Shown here piece after piece: positions 39,960 to 53,235 of a stretch of DNA of 64,000 nt; position 1 is the stretch's first letter, and each line of letters opens with the position of its first letter. The notes under the pieces were generated by a model. That model saw nothing but the letters and a program-made list of their open reading frames with translations. It was not told the DNA's origin and did no database searches. Origin of the DNA: Chiloscyllium plagiosum (taxonomy: Eukaryota); contig NC_057718.1 in NCBI RefSeq assembly GCF_004010195.1, positions 42,794,523 to 42,858,522 on the forward strand, written 5' to 3'. Both the position numbers and the translations under genes were made by a program.

Positions 39960-40170
39960 TCAGCATTGGCCCAGGAATCACATTAGCAAACCCAGAACAG
40001 CTACTCAGTCATGTCTGTAGAGACCTGTTTATGCCGGCCGAGGGTTTCCTCCACATTTGCACCTACAAAGATGAATCACTGAATCACAAATGTGTTATAG
40101 TGCAGAAATAATTTGCTCCATGATCACTGAAATCCCCTGTCCTCGCGCTGCTGAGCCATAACAATGGAAA
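39960..40170 (+). pseudogene. Possible Harbinger transposase N-terminal remnant
   Basis: SYSVMSVETCLCRPR ... EIICSMITEI resembles the SY..MSE.QC..RLR motif of HARBI1-like proteins. Confidence 0.35.
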
Positions 40171-41116
40171 TGGAAGTAACTTTGGGTGAATCCTTCCAGG
40201 CATCTACAGCGGACCAATATCAGATGAGTAAGGGGAAATGAAGACTGGCATTCAAAAGGTGATTGGGTCCCTTCTATTTGGCTGAGGGTTTTTATAAATT
40301 CCTGGGGATGTATGTTTCACCCGCTGGGCAAGCATTTATTGCCATCCCTAATTGGCTTTAAGACGATAGTGATGAGATCCCTACTTGAAGCCCTGCAATT
40401 CTTGGGGCATAGGCATACCCACAAAGTTGTGCGGCTGGAGAATATGTCGAGAAGTAACGGAGTGACACAGAACCTGAGTAGGGCAACAAGTTAAACATAA
40501 ATTAATTGCAGATTTATTTCCAGAATTGTTGCATGAAATTTTGAGCTAATAGCAATGAAAGGCAGCTTCAATTAGGCAGAATACTTTTGGTAATGGGATC
40601 ACTTATTAGAAAGACATGATAAAACTGTTCACTGGAGCTACTAGTGGAGTTTTTCAGTGAGACTCCTATTAAGTGGTGACTGACACATCAATCTTGCTGT
40701 TTGTTTACAAGTCAAGTTAGACAATATAACTGTGTGATACCGCTCCTGTGAACCAGATTTGTCGGCCTGCATGTACAATCCAGCAGTTAGACCTGAAATT
40801 GCACCAAATGTTGGATCTATTTTTCCAATGTCAAGTTGCACCAAAGTATCATTGCAACATAAATTGCATCTGCCCAAATGTAAAAACAGTTGTTTTCCAT
40901 GTAAGAGCCTGAGGTAATTGGAACAGAGCCAATAGAACCTCTAGGTGCTATGGCAAAGAAATAGAAAAGTCAAAGAAAAAAACTGTTTTCCTTCAGAGTG
41001 AGGCTGGGGAATGCAAGGTAAGCAAGATAGCTCTCTGTCCTGTACATTTTAAAATTAATTCACTGAAATTACTCTCTTGAGAGTCTAAACTGCCTCAAAC
41101 ATCTCCCTTCTCACAG

Positions 41117-41340
41117 ATGACTGATTCACAAAAGAAGGTCAGGAAGAGAGCATTTAACTTTGCTGATGAGAACCTGCAGGCCTTCGTAGATAAGGTAAGA
41201 GGACAGGCACAGCCAGCTCAACCTTCTCTTCCTATCCCAGCACTCATGTGATCACAGGAGGTGGCTTTGGACAGAGGTGGCAAAGGCACTGAGTAACACA
41301 TCAGTAACTCCCAGGATGGCCGAGGGGTGTTGCAGAAATA
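41117..41340 (+). pseudogene. PIF/Harbinger Myb/SANT-like gene remnant
   Basis: MTDSQKKVRKRAFNFADENLQAFVDKV, then after a frameshift HRRWLWTEVAKALSNTSVTPRMAEGC. Confidence 0.68.
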
Positions 41341-41871
41341 CTCAAACACCAGGCTCGAACAAGGAATGTAAGAAAACTAACAATGCCATAACATTTTCTC
41401 TTGCTCACTTTAAGCATCCCATTTGGATGAAAGAAGCTGACTGGTAATCATTTTGCTAACGACATACTTTCTTCCCCCACCGCCCCATTCCCATCAGGTG
41501 CAGAGCTGCAGCTCCAGACTCTTAAAGGGCTACAAGCTGAAAAGTATCAGTTTTACATTTTACAGCATAACTGCATAAAGCATCCACTGTTGGGTCTTCA
41601 TGTTGCAAACTATGAAGGGGGCTGCTCTTTGCCTATAAGACTGTATAACAGGCCACTTGATGCCATCCACTTAAACAGATGCCTCCCTGTAGACACACAA
41701 TGTGCCTTACTTGGGCTTCAACACTACATAACCTCTGCCTTTTCTGGCTCCTGTCCTCAGTGTGTCAACTTAGAAAAGTTGGACACGGCATTTAGTCCAA
41801 TGGCAATTCTTGTCAGACTTTTTCCTGGAGTGCATTGAAGCAGTCCAATTCATCCATGCCGACGAGATGTT

Positions 41872-42290
41872 TTGAAATAGACTCTGTCTATTTATCCTAT
41901 CTATGCCCCTCATGATTTTATGAACCTCTATAATGTCACCCCTCAGCCTCCGATGCTTCAGGAAAAACAGCCCCAGTCTATTTAACCTCTCCCTATATCT
42001 CAAATCCTCCAACCCTGGCAACATCATTGTACATCTTTTCTGAACTCTTTCAAGTTTCATAACATCTTTCTGATAGGAAGGAAACCAGAATTGCACACAA
42101 TATTCCAAAAGTGGCCTAATCAATGTCCTGGACAGCCACAACATGACCTCCCAACTCCTGTACTCAATATTCTGACCAATAAAGGAAAGCATACCAAACA
42201 CTTTCTTCGCTATCCTATCTAATTGCAACTCCACTTTCAAGGAGCTATGAACTTTATCCAAATACCTGAAATAGCTCTTCAACAACCAAT
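41872..42290 (-). mobile_element. CR1 LINE RT C-terminal fragment with open frame
   Basis: ORF 41770-42285: LIRPLLEYCVQFWFPSYQKDVMKLERVQKR...RLRGDIIEVHKIMRG. Confidence 0.92.
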
Positions 42291-42829
42291 GATTCCTTCA
42301 GTTATTAGTCAGTATACACATGAATGTGAGTGTACCTTTTCTCTGCCTAGCCTGTCGGATGCAGTGGGATGTTAGCAACCACAGCAGCAGGTTTTATGCT
42401 TTGTCACCAATTATCTGTTCTTCCACCAGATACCCATTCCTGAGCATTCATGCATGTATTCAATATCTGACACTTCTGCAATTGTAAGGGCAAAGTTGAG
42501 CGAACAGGCCAACAATATAAGTGCCTCATTTAGACCTCTTCATCCTCTGTCACCAAGTTACTTGGTGCCCATTATGGATTACTTTGTATGATGTGGGAAA
42601 GAGCCTTGAGCCCATGGAGGGTATAGTCTCTCATCATCATCCTCTCAAGCCAATTCTTTAGCGTCTTGAATGAGGCTTATATTATTGGACTCCAAATCTG
42701 AATGACAGCAGACACAGTGCAGACTAACAAACCTGCATCTTCCCTTCCACTCTCAATCCTCAAGACACATCCTCAGATCATCGTGGAACTCTCATTCATT
42801 CCACAGTGGATACAGCCTCCTCAACCTTA

Positions 42830-43150
42830 GACATCTCCCTTGAAAACCACCACTTTGAATGTCTAGATGAACAAGGACAGAAACCACCATCAGCAATCTT
42901 CCCTCCTAGTCATACACCATTATGATCTGGAAATATATCATCATCCCTGGGTCAAAAGCCTGAAATACCATACTGAGCAGCACTATGGGTGTATCTTCAT
43001 CACTAACTGCAGTGGTTTAAGAAAGTGATTCATCACCAACACCTCAAGGGCAAACCCAGATGAGAAATAGTGAGTGTGGCGACACCGGAAACCTAGGCGA
43101 AACCTAGCTGCTTTTGCTAATGAGACCCGTATCTCATGAATGAATTAAAA
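42830..43150 (+). mobile_element. LINE 3' end (family of 3600-5270)
   Basis: GGAAATATATC...CTGGGTCAAAAGCCTG...CTGCAGTGGTTTAAGAA...CATGAATGAAT. Confidence 0.65.
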
Positions 43151-43734
43151 TAATTCTCCATTGAATTATCTCCTTTGAATACAGACCCCAACTTTAGGAT
43201 AAGAGTGCAAGTACACTTAATCCAAAGGAAAATTGGAACAATTTTCTTCTCAATTTGGCAAATCAATCCTATTATTCAAAACTAAAAATGTTTCAAAACT
43301 TTCTTGTTAGGATTATTTTGAACTGCTAAGTTTACTATTGATATGAACTGGTTGGATTCACAGCTTCTGTGCTCTATATCCCATACAAGGTTTCATCATG
43401 CAGAACCATCTTCTAACCATCTTCTAACTTTTATTAAATGCTGCCATGTGGGAATAGTTATCAAATGACTTTAGTGTATGGAAGGTGGTCATATCGTGGA
43501 GGAAACTTTAAAGGGAGAACTTTACTCCTTCTAATATCAGACTTGCTGAGAATAATCTGATGGATGGGAAAGGAAAAATATTGTGGCTGCCCAGCCTTGT
43601 TGGAGACTTAAGGATACCAAAGTTATGGAGTAATTGAAAATTATCATGGGCAGAGGGAATCTAGTGGCAGAGAAATCCCAAAGGTTTCTTGACGGACCTT
43701 GGAAGAATACTTCTGCCTCTCCTGACCCCCATGG

Positions 43735-44395
43735 GCATGGGTGTCACGACTGGGGCCAGCATTTATTGCCCATTGTGAAGCCTCTTTGAGGAGATGATGT
43801 GAACTGTCTTCTTAAACTTTCCGGTGTCGCCACACTCACTATTGCTGTTAGCATGGGACTCCCAGGAGTTTCACCTATTGTCAGCGAATACGTGGTGATA
43901 AAGTTCCAAGTCAGAAAGGTATGTGATTTAAAAAGGAGCGTTCAAAGTGGTGGTGCACCACTCCTCTGCTCCCTTCTAGGTGGAAGAGATTACAATTTTG
44001 GAAAGTACTGTTGTAGGGGACTTGATGTTTATTTGCAGTGCATTTTATAGATGGTACAGTCTGCTGCCATGTGTATCGGAGAGACTGAATGGTAACGATG
44101 GAAGGTGGGATGATAATCAGGACGTTGCATGGTCTTGAATGGTATCGATCCTTTTGACTGTTGTTGGAGCTGCACTCATACAGGCAAGGATAGTATACCT
44201 TTATACTCCTGAGTCATGCCTTGTAAATAGTGGTTTCATTACCACCATTATTGAGACTAGAATTTAATTCCAAATATCCTCATTGAATTTTAGTTTTCAA
44301 TAATAGCCTGGTGAGATTTGAGCTTCTGTCCCCATAACATTAGTGAAGGTCTTTGGGTTGCTAGGCCAGTGACATTGCCACTATACCACCAACAA
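43735..44395 (-). mobile_element. LINE 3' region (related family), reverse orientation
   Basis: GGCCAGCATTTATTGCCCA...GTGAACTGTCTTCTTAAAC...GTTGTTGGAGCTGCACTCAT. Confidence 0.7.
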
Positions 44396-46129
44396 CCTTA
44401 AAGAGGTCATAATTTCTGTATAATGTTGTGAAAAAAGTAGTTGTCTCCTGCAGCAGACTTAGACATTGAAGGAATCTGTCATTATAAAAAACATAAATTA
44501 TGGAATGAAATGGAAGCTTCATACTGTAAGTGACATAAAATGATGTGTGAGTTTGTTGAAAGTTATAATTGGAACAGAATTGTATTAAGGGTTTGGTGGG
44601 GGACTTAAATTTATTACGTTATTATACAAAATTGTAAAAGCAGCTTGAAGCAAGTCACTGCTGTGATAGTTGGTAGTCAAAGGAATTGGAAGGATGATGG
44701 TTTTTCATAAGATCTGGACCATTTTGAGGAGCTAAAGGGTGTCTATAATTACAAGGCAACTGGGCCACAGAGGAGATAGAGTGACAGAAGTGGTATGAAA
44801 TGTCAGACTTTGAAGGCTGTAGTTTGAAGAGCAATGTAACTGATGGTATCATGAATTAATAAAGTAACTCACACTGGCCCATAAGAGACGTTATCCAGTT
44901 GACATTGTATCGTCAGTGCACTGAACAGAGCCACAGAATAAACAAGTATTCAGCAATTAAAATATTTAATTTATTTGCACTATAAATTTGTTGCAATAGT
45001 TAAATCATGTGAAAATGATATCAATGAAAATCAACACAACCTAAAGTTGGTGCAAACCAAATAATTTTTACTATTTAAAAATAAGGAGTACTATTTCAAT
45101 GCTGAAATGTTTTTGTAAGTAACTCCATTTGTACTTCGCAAAAGTTTTTCTTTCTTTTTTGATATCATCTTACTGTTACTATTGTTAACGTGTCCCAGGA
45201 GGTTAATGTAATTTCTTAATCACTGTCTCATCTCCTGGATTTCAGTCTTTATCACAGTGGGAACAATAAAGTTTCAACAGACAGCAGCATGAGAAAGGTT
45301 TAAAGAACATTGAATCTCATAAGTGCAGTAAAGCTGCACTGGGAACAGAAATATTGCTGTTGCATTAATGTTCTGACTGCACTCCACTGACTGACACACT
45401 CTGTATGAGTGATACTGGGGATCTTGGGAATGAAAGCTTTATACTTTTCCTCCATGAAGTACATTTTTTTATTATGTGCTTTGCAAATGAGTGCTGTACA
45501 GTTTAATAAGAAAGTACACTTCAGTAATATTAGCTCTTCACTTATTAAAAGAGTCCAGGCTCTTTCAGTGGAACTATTCTTCAATAAAAGGTAATTCTGT
45601 GACTTTTAATGATAGGAGCAGTATGTCACACCTTGCCTTTTATGGCACAAAGAAAGTCTACTGTATTTTTATATTTCCTGTAAATATAGTCCACTCCAAA
45701 TAAATGGACACCTGACCAAACAGAATTCTAATCCAAGCATGGAATTACAACACACCAAATCATCACCCTGTCTCTTCAATTGTACAGTAATTATGATCTA
45801 AGAATGACTGAAGCAAAAAGTGCTTGAGCCTTAGCATTTTTAAAATGCTGAGCAAATTAGGCACATTAAATGAAAATATAGCTGTATTGAAGTGCCATTT
45901 GGCAGCCATTAAGTCTAAATTTGCCCCATAATCAAAAAAAAACTTTACCTCTGCATGCAGAGCTTGCTTGTAATGATGTTTTGGGACCAAATGGTTCATC
46001 ACTGTGTTCTTCACTGTGATAAGCTGTTGTATCAAAAATGTACCTATAATGTGCTAAAACCAAAACTTGTTTGTAGATCATTTTTTGCAGACAGCATGGG
46101 ATTGAATGCCACATTGCTTATGAGCCATC

Positions 46130-46460
46130 GAGTCATAGAATCATACAGCACAGAAACAGACCCTTCAGCCCAACTAGTCCATGCCAAACATAATCCCAAA
46201 GTAAACTAATCCCACCTGGCCCATATCCCTCCAAACCTTTCCTATTCGTGTACTTATTCAAATGTCTTTTAAATGTTGTAATTATACCCAGATCCACCAC
46301 TTCCTCAGGAAGTTCTTGCACACGTGAACTACCCTCTGCGTAAACAATCTCCCCCTCATGTCTTTTTTAAAGATATATCTTGTCTCACCTTAAAAATGCG
46401 CTGCCTAGCTTTGAAATCCCCCATCCTAGGTTAAAGAAATCTACCATTAACCATATATCT
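46130..46460 (-). mobile_element. CR1 LINE 3' end
   Basis: GAGTCATAGAATCATACAGCACAGAAACAGACCCTTCAGCCC tail; ELPEEVVDLGIITTFKRHLNKY. Confidence 0.85.
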
Positions 46461-47029
46461 ACTGGATTTTAACAATGTCAATGAAGATTAACAGTGCAAT
46501 GTAGATTAGGCGAGGGTTGAGATATCTATAACTACTTGAATAATAGGCTTTTGTAAACAGGAACTTTGACACTGGATTCAGGAGCCTTTCCTGAAGTTTG
46601 GCTGCTCTGAACAAATTTGCTACCGCCTGCGATTTGAGGCTAACCAAAGTTACATGGGATCAAAAAGTTCATTTGTGTGACTCAACCTCTTGGGTGAAAT
46701 TGACGCTATGGGCTGGTAAGGTTGTCAACTGTCACTCTAGAGTGTGCATCTGGCAGCATCTGGCAACATCTGCCATTTTCCCGGAAGCAAACTGTTTTGT
46801 AAGCAAAGCTCACGAGACAGAGTTGAAATCTGTACTCTTGGAGGCATGCTTCTCATTGAAGATTAATGCTCCTGAACCTACACTGAAGTGCCAGCTGCTA
46901 TTATTGCTGCTATTTAATGTGTCAAAACCTCCTGGGATCTCACCATTTTTAAAATCTTCTCCAATGTGTTTTCTTGATGATGATTCCTTCATCATCATTC
47001 CATTCTCTTGTGAAGTTATCTGAAGGGTT

Positions 47030-48760
47030 CTGTAATGGTTGCCAGGTTAGTCAAAAATTTTGATAACTAATTCACTATACCAAAAACTGTGAAGAGTATT
47101 GACTGATATTGAAATGGCGAACCCTATAATGACTTTAGTCTTTTGAGAATCAGCCATTATACCTTTGCTATTGACAATAATAGAATGGATTATTTGGAGC
47201 ATTCATACTCATTATTGAGCTAATGGCCTTCTACTTTTAAATGGGATAGTACTTTGCGCAGTTTTTGATCATGCTGTTCAACCATTGCCCATGGATTATT
47301 CCTTTGGTAAATGACTCGCAAAGACTTTGCAAAACATTTTATATAGTTAATTGAAAACTGCTGGGGCAGATGCAATTCCCAACAATAATCCTATAAAACA
47401 AAATTATTCAAAAGGAGTTATAGGAAGTAACTAATCTTAATTATTCATCCAATGGCACATGCCATAATCTACTATTTGTTTCATGATACTCAGCTTTTGG
47501 ATAGTTTATCTCGATTCCTGTCAATTTTAAAAGTAAGGTTTCTCTCAATGCCATCTTGTTGAGCTGTGAAAGGTCAACAAATATTCTAATGCTACTGTTC
47601 AGCCTGGGAACCATGTTCAATCTCTGCTGGCAGTTTTCTGATAAGGGAAATAATGCCCATGTATGAAATTTCTCAACCTCAGGGATGCAGAACCTTCCTG
47701 GCAATATAAGTATGTAAGGGTTTCACGTCTTTCTTCATTGTAATATGACATTAAGTGTTTAACCTTTCTAACCCTTCAAATAAATTGCAATGTTTCTTTT
47801 CCAATGAATGCCTAAGCTTGTGTTGCTTAACCACTTCCATCTTTTTGAGTGAAATTGAGTTCAATACATGTCTTTCTATTCAGCGATGAGAATTCTGAGT
47901 TGTGCAGTGCTTACAGGTTTTCTAAAATTTGGTGTCCCCTATGTTGGAAGGTGTTTGTCGCTTTAACATTAAGTGCATTGCCTCCTGTACCCATGTTATT
48001 GGATGTCTGTAATCTGTACATAATATTGTTACAACTAAAGCTCATTATCTGATCATATTGTGACACTTCATTCTGTGTTTAACTTGAAATTTGTAAGATG
48101 CACATTAACATCAATGTTACCTTGCCAAAACTTTTGATCTGATTCCCTTAGGATTATTTTATTTGTCTTCTACTGAATGCTGTCCTATATCATTTAGTTA
48201 TTTTTGCTTTTGTTTCTCTCCTATGGAATACTGTTTGGTACATTTTCTGAAAGTGAACTACTGTTTTACAATTAAAGCATTTAGATTTAATTAACTAGCT
48301 GAGCACTGTCTGGGAATTCTTTGCTCAGTGGCATTGACAAGAGTAGAGTCTGGTGTCTATCTAGCCCAATTAATTAAGTTATTATGTGTCTTTTGTGGTT
48401 CTATGTCTTAAAAATGAATAGATTCCAAAGCCTTATATGTTAGGTTTGATTTTCTCCCCTCATAATTAGTTTGTCTTGCTTCCAGTCTCATGCTTCAGTT
48501 ACTGTAAGAATGATGTTCAATAGAGTCAAGTCTTCTTTGGACTATAATAAATCTGACAAGGAGTCATCAGGAATGTCTACAATTATTTATGCCATGGCTT
48601 CCTAATATGAATAGGTATTTTATCTTCTAGAAAGGTTTTTAGTTTCCAGTGTTTTGTTGCTATTCTGAAGGAGTTCTTGTTTTTTCCAGTTTTCATCAAA
48701 GATTTCTGCATATTTGCAGCTGTAATGAAGGGTTCCCACTTTTTTGTGGCTGCAATGTTG
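47030..48760 (-). mobile_element. Decayed Ty3/Gypsy gag-pol
   Basis: In order on minus: gag IIVDIPDDSLSDLL*SKEDLTL (~48560), Zn-knuckle KCFNCKTVVHF (~48260), protease VNVHLTNFKLNTE*SVT (~48090), RT VPRLNSSIRIFVDLSQLNK...LWHVPLDE, ITPFE*FCF..L..GIASAP, EQHDQKLRKVL. Confidence 0.82.
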
Positions 48761-49699
48761 GTTTTCCTCTCACTTTTTTTTAACAGATGAAATGGTGAAT
48801 TCCCATCTTACACATGTGTAATGCTGTCTCCCAAAAAAATTCTGTGCTAGAGAATCACTCACTTCTTTAAATTACCCAATACTCACCTGCTTAAATTGAC
48901 TGAATGTGCAATTTCCCAATAGTTCACTACCAGAATTTGTGAGTTCCTCTCATGCCCCTGTTCATCACTTTTATTACCACGCATGTCTCATGTTATCCAA
49001 ATGGTCTGCTAGTGGTGCCTGATCTGAGCTGCAAGTTATTTTTAAGATTCTCTCACTTTCAACTCAAATTTACTGCATCATTTAGTTTCCCCTTTCCCAG
49101 TGAATTTTAGTTTAATCTACTGCAATCGACAGTGTATCTTTAGTCACTGGCTGAAAACAGAATCAAGACCGCTCCCACAGATCACTACCTCACAATGCAA
49201 CCTGTACCTCTACCTTGGAGCTGCAGATTTCTTCCATTTCATCACATTAACTGTCAGGTACGAAATGCTCCCTGTCATTCTTTGAGATTTGCCCTCAGTG
49301 TTGTGTATGCCATGATGTTTTTGAAAGAGTTCATTGGTTTCAGCAATCATCAGTGCCCTTGAAGTCAATGGGTTACCAGTATATTTGCCTCTTTTGAACA
49401 GGTGCTAATAAATAAATCTGTAGATCACACGCTTATCACCATGTTGAAAGAATTGCCATCCATGTCTTCTAAGTGTGTGTGATTTTAGGGGTTCATGAGG
49501 TCTGGTGTATGTTTGAGATAGCCACTTTCTGATCTAACGAGAAGAGACTTGTAGGGTTAACAATATGTAATTTATTGCATGTCTGCAAAAGTTCATAGTT
49601 AAAATAATAAGATCTACTTTATGACAGAGACGGTTAGGAGGATGTAGCATTAAGTCTGTGTCTCAGAGAGTCTTACATTATTTGTCAAGTCCCCACATT

Positions 49700-50053
49700 G
49701 GGCAGCATGTGGCAGAGTGGTTAGCACTACTGTCTCACAGCACCATGGATCCAGGTTTGAATCCAGCTTTGTGTGACTGTGTGGAGTTTGCATGTTGTCC
49801 CTGTGTCTGCATGTATTTCCACCAGGTACTCCAGTTTTCTCCCACAGTCAAAGATATGCAGGTTAGATGGATTGGTCATGCTAAATTTCTCCATAGTGTC
49901 ACAGAGATGTGCAGGCTAGATGGATAAGGTGTTAGAAATGCAGGGTTATAGGGAAAAGGGTAGGGAGCTGGGTTTGGGTGGGATGCTCTTTGGAGAATCA
50001 ATGCACAGTAGATGGGCTGAATGGCTCTTTTTGCACTGTAAGAATTCTATGAT
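49700..50053 (+). mobile_element. HE1-type SINE, near full length
   Basis: GGGCAGCATGTGGCAGAGTGGTTAGCACT (A box), GGTTTGAATCC (B box), CTGTGTGGAGTTTGCA core, CR1-like tail GCACTGTAAGAATTCTATGAT. Confidence 0.88.
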
Positions 50054-50129
50054 ATCATCTTTATGGGGTAATGCTCAATGCAATCAATCAGTTACTTCAG
50101 ACACAGATATAAGTTTTTATCCTAAAATA

Positions 50130-50560
50130 GGGAAACAACACAACCGATTCACACGCAGCCAGATGCTACTAACTGCAATGAGATAAATAACAAGTTAATC
50201 TTTACTTCATAATACTGGTCAAGGATAAATGTTGATTCAGGGCACTATAGAAATCCTGCTGTCCTTGGAATAGTGATATGGAATCATTCCCAAGAACCTG
50301 TGAGAGCACATGCATCGTTTCTATAACATTTTATCCGTGGATTGGAAATGCCGACAGGTCTCAGTGCTAGATAATGTTAAGACACTGGAAGAGGATTTTT
50401 ACTTTTGCATTCTGCTTCAAAACCCAGAAATCCGTTGTGTTACCAGTGAGCCAAGACATACGCTGCCTGCATTACAATGGTGACTACCTTTCAAAAAGTA
50501 TTTAATTGCCTATAAAGTGCTTTGCAACATCCTAAGGTTGTGACAGGTGCTTTATTATCT
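50130..50560. mobile_element. Deu-domain SINE fragments in both orientations
   Basis: Similar to 24130-24400; 3' piece GCATTACAATGGTGACTACCTTTCAAAAAGTA...TAAAGTGCTTTG at about 50465-50555. Confidence 0.5.
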
Positions 50561-51319
50561 GATGTTTTCTCGTTCATATTATATCAGATTGCACATTATT
50601 GCCCAGGGCCCCAGAAAACCCTGTGTGAAGTAACAATTTATGTGTATGTCTTCCAATTCAATGCATTATCTTCACTACATTTGGTGTGATCTACTCTTGT
50701 TGAATGAACAAAATAATTAATCAATTGCAGCTCTAAGGACTAAGTTAGTTCACTATAAATATAAACTGAACCAGTCACTTAGCATTCTCTAAGTTTGTAC
50801 TATTTCTCTCAGGAACTGATGAAATATAAAATAGCACCAGAATAGTCTTCATACAAGATATAACTGTTTTTTTCTGCACTTTCCAAGCAAAATTGGACAT
50901 GAAATTACATCAATTTTATCAGTTTCACTGTGATCCTACTACAAACTAATAAACTCTAGTTTCTCAGAATTTCACCCGATATTATCTCTTCTGGTGAGTT
51001 TTTTTCCCATCATTGCCTTCAACCATCCTTCTATAACCCTATCTGGTCCAGTTCTCCCCCTTATCCCTGTATACACGAGGAGCCAGCCTTTATCCTGTTT
51101 GAATCCCACCAAACTTCTCTTTCCTTATTTTGACTATCTTAATTGTCCTCTTATTAAATGATTACTTAGCTGCATTTTTGATCGTTTAGATGCTGCCTGG
51201 CACATAGACAATTAACAGTTTTCAAGCTTAATTATTATCTTTGCAGAAGTGATATGCCACTTCAACGTGATGGTTCTCGAGTGTTGTATCTCTGTCTTAA
51301 AAAGAAGCTCCATCAGACC

Positions 51320-52239
51320 TTCAGTGAGAGGCTATAGTGTGACCAAGAGAATTCATGAGTTCTTGCATGAGCAGCGCGTAAGACCAAAGACAGAAAAGCC
51401 AAGGTGGAAATGAGGTGTGGTGGAGGGTTAGGGGATAGGCGTTGAATAGCATGGTTTGAAGGCATGAGCCACAGGACAGTGAAGTGAGGAGAACATTTGT
51501 GGACAGAACAAATTTTAACATAGAAACTTTTGAATAGTTTCCCTGATCTAGAATTAACAGGACTATAAGAAGTGAGGACTAGTGTTTTGCAAAGAGATCA
51601 TCTTAAAGCTAATCTGTGCATTTCTACAAAGGCGTTCTCCTGGACATATGCCTCAAGGCTACAGGCTCCACAAATACATAGACTATGCTTCTTCCTCTTC
51701 ATGCTCCCACAAACGTTTAATACAATGCAACCAATTTTTCCGTCTTTGCCTGAAAAAAATGCATTTTCTACACTCTTCTTCAGTCTAGATAGTTCTTTGA
51801 TTCTATTTTATCAAGGTCCATAAGCATATCTAGATACCATTCTGCTCTCACCTTCTCCATCTAAATGATCCATTTAGAAATGACAAGGCCTCCCCCACCC
51901 TGTTTTCATCTTCCATCCCCACTAGCCTCCAGATGATCTGTGATTTCTATTAGCTTTAAGATCTCTTGACAAAACACTGGTCTTCATTTCTTATAGTCCT
52001 GTTAATTCTAGATCAGGGGAACTATTCAAAAATGTCTATGTTAAAATTTGTTTCATCAACAAATGTTCTTCTTACCTCACTGTCCTGTGGCTCATACCTT
52101 CAAACCATGCTACTCATCCCTCATCCCTCGACCTTCCACCACACCTCATTTCCACCTCGGCTTTTCTGTCTTTGGTCTTATGCGCTGTTCATGCAAGAAC
52201 TCATGAATTCTCTTGGTCACACTATAACCTCTGACTGAA
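51320..52239. repeat. ~290-bp diverged inverted repeat (51320-51613 and 51949-52239)
   Basis: Reverse-complement match with scattered mismatches; near-identical ORF-track peptides at 51321-51521 minus and 51966-52238 plus. Confidence 0.92.
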
Positions 52240-52444
52240 AGATGCCTTGAGGAACTTTAGACAGCAGCAAACTTACCTCACTCCACTTTGTAAGTTCTTT
52301 TTCAAGCATCTTCCAAAACATTGTCATTGACTTACTTAGAAATGTGCACACTCCTTTTTTTTACATTACTTTATTTGGATGATCTTTATAAATAATGCAG
52401 CATTATCAGCTCCCTCTTTTTGTTTCTTAAAAAACCTATTTACA

Positions 52445-53235
52445 GGTAACTAGTATGCTGGCCTTCACAGTTAGAGGATCCAAGTACAGAAGCAGCGATG
52501 TCTTGTTGCAAGTACAGAGGGCATTGACGAGACCAGACATGGAATATTGAGTGCGGTTTTGATCTCCCTATCTAAAGAAAGATGTTCTTGCTATAGAAGT
52601 GAAGATTTACTAGACTGATTCCTGGGATTGTATGATTGATGTATGGGGAGAGGTTGAATCAATTTAGGATTTTATTTGCTAAAGTTCAGAAGAGTGAGGG
52701 GTGGTATCTCATAGACAGGGCCAATTGCTGGAAGAAGGTTTTGATGATGTAGAGACCAGAACCAGAGGTCACAGTTTAAGGATACAGGGCACACCATTTA
52801 GGACTGAGATGAGGAACTATTGCTTTACTCAGAGTGGTGAGTCAGCCAAGCAGTCAAGGCCAATATATTAACTGTAACAATTGTGGATGCTGTAAATCAG
52901 AAACAACTGAAGTTGCTGGAAACCTCAGCAGGCCAGGCAGCATCTGTGCAGAAAAGTCAGAGTTAACATTTCAGGTCCAGTGCCCCTTCCTCAGAATCTT
53001 CACAGATGCTGCCAGATCTGCGGAGCTTTTCCAGAAACTTCTGTTTTTGTTTATGAAGGCCAAAATATTGTATGCTTTCAAGAAGGAATTGGATATAGCA
53101 TGTGAGAGTCAAGGGATCAATGGATTTGGGGGAAAGGTAGGAACAGCTTTTGATATGGATGATCATAATAAATGGCAGGGCAGGCTTCAAGGGCCAAATG
53201 ACCTATTGCTTACTCATATTTTCTCTGGTTCTATG
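52445..53235 (+). mobile_element. Decayed CR1 3' region with nested fold-back element
   Basis: GAGACCAGACATGGAATATTG, AGAACCAGAGGTCACAGTTTAAGGATA, and 3' UTR GGGCCAAATGACCTA. Confidence 0.8.
52870..53055. mobile_element. Fold-back family A-related mini-element with hammerhead motif at 52960-52996 (minus)
   Basis: 14-bp TSD AAGGCCAA(T/A)ATATT at 52856-52869 and 53056-53069. Minus strand UU-CUGAGGA-A-GGGGC-ACUG-GACCU-GAAA-UG-UU-AA. Confidence 0.78.

Noticed and set aside
49700..49770. tRNA genes at the SINE heads (also about 27370-27445 and 55150-55224)
   Set aside because: A and B boxes continue into SINE core and LINE-like tail; no full cloverleaf.
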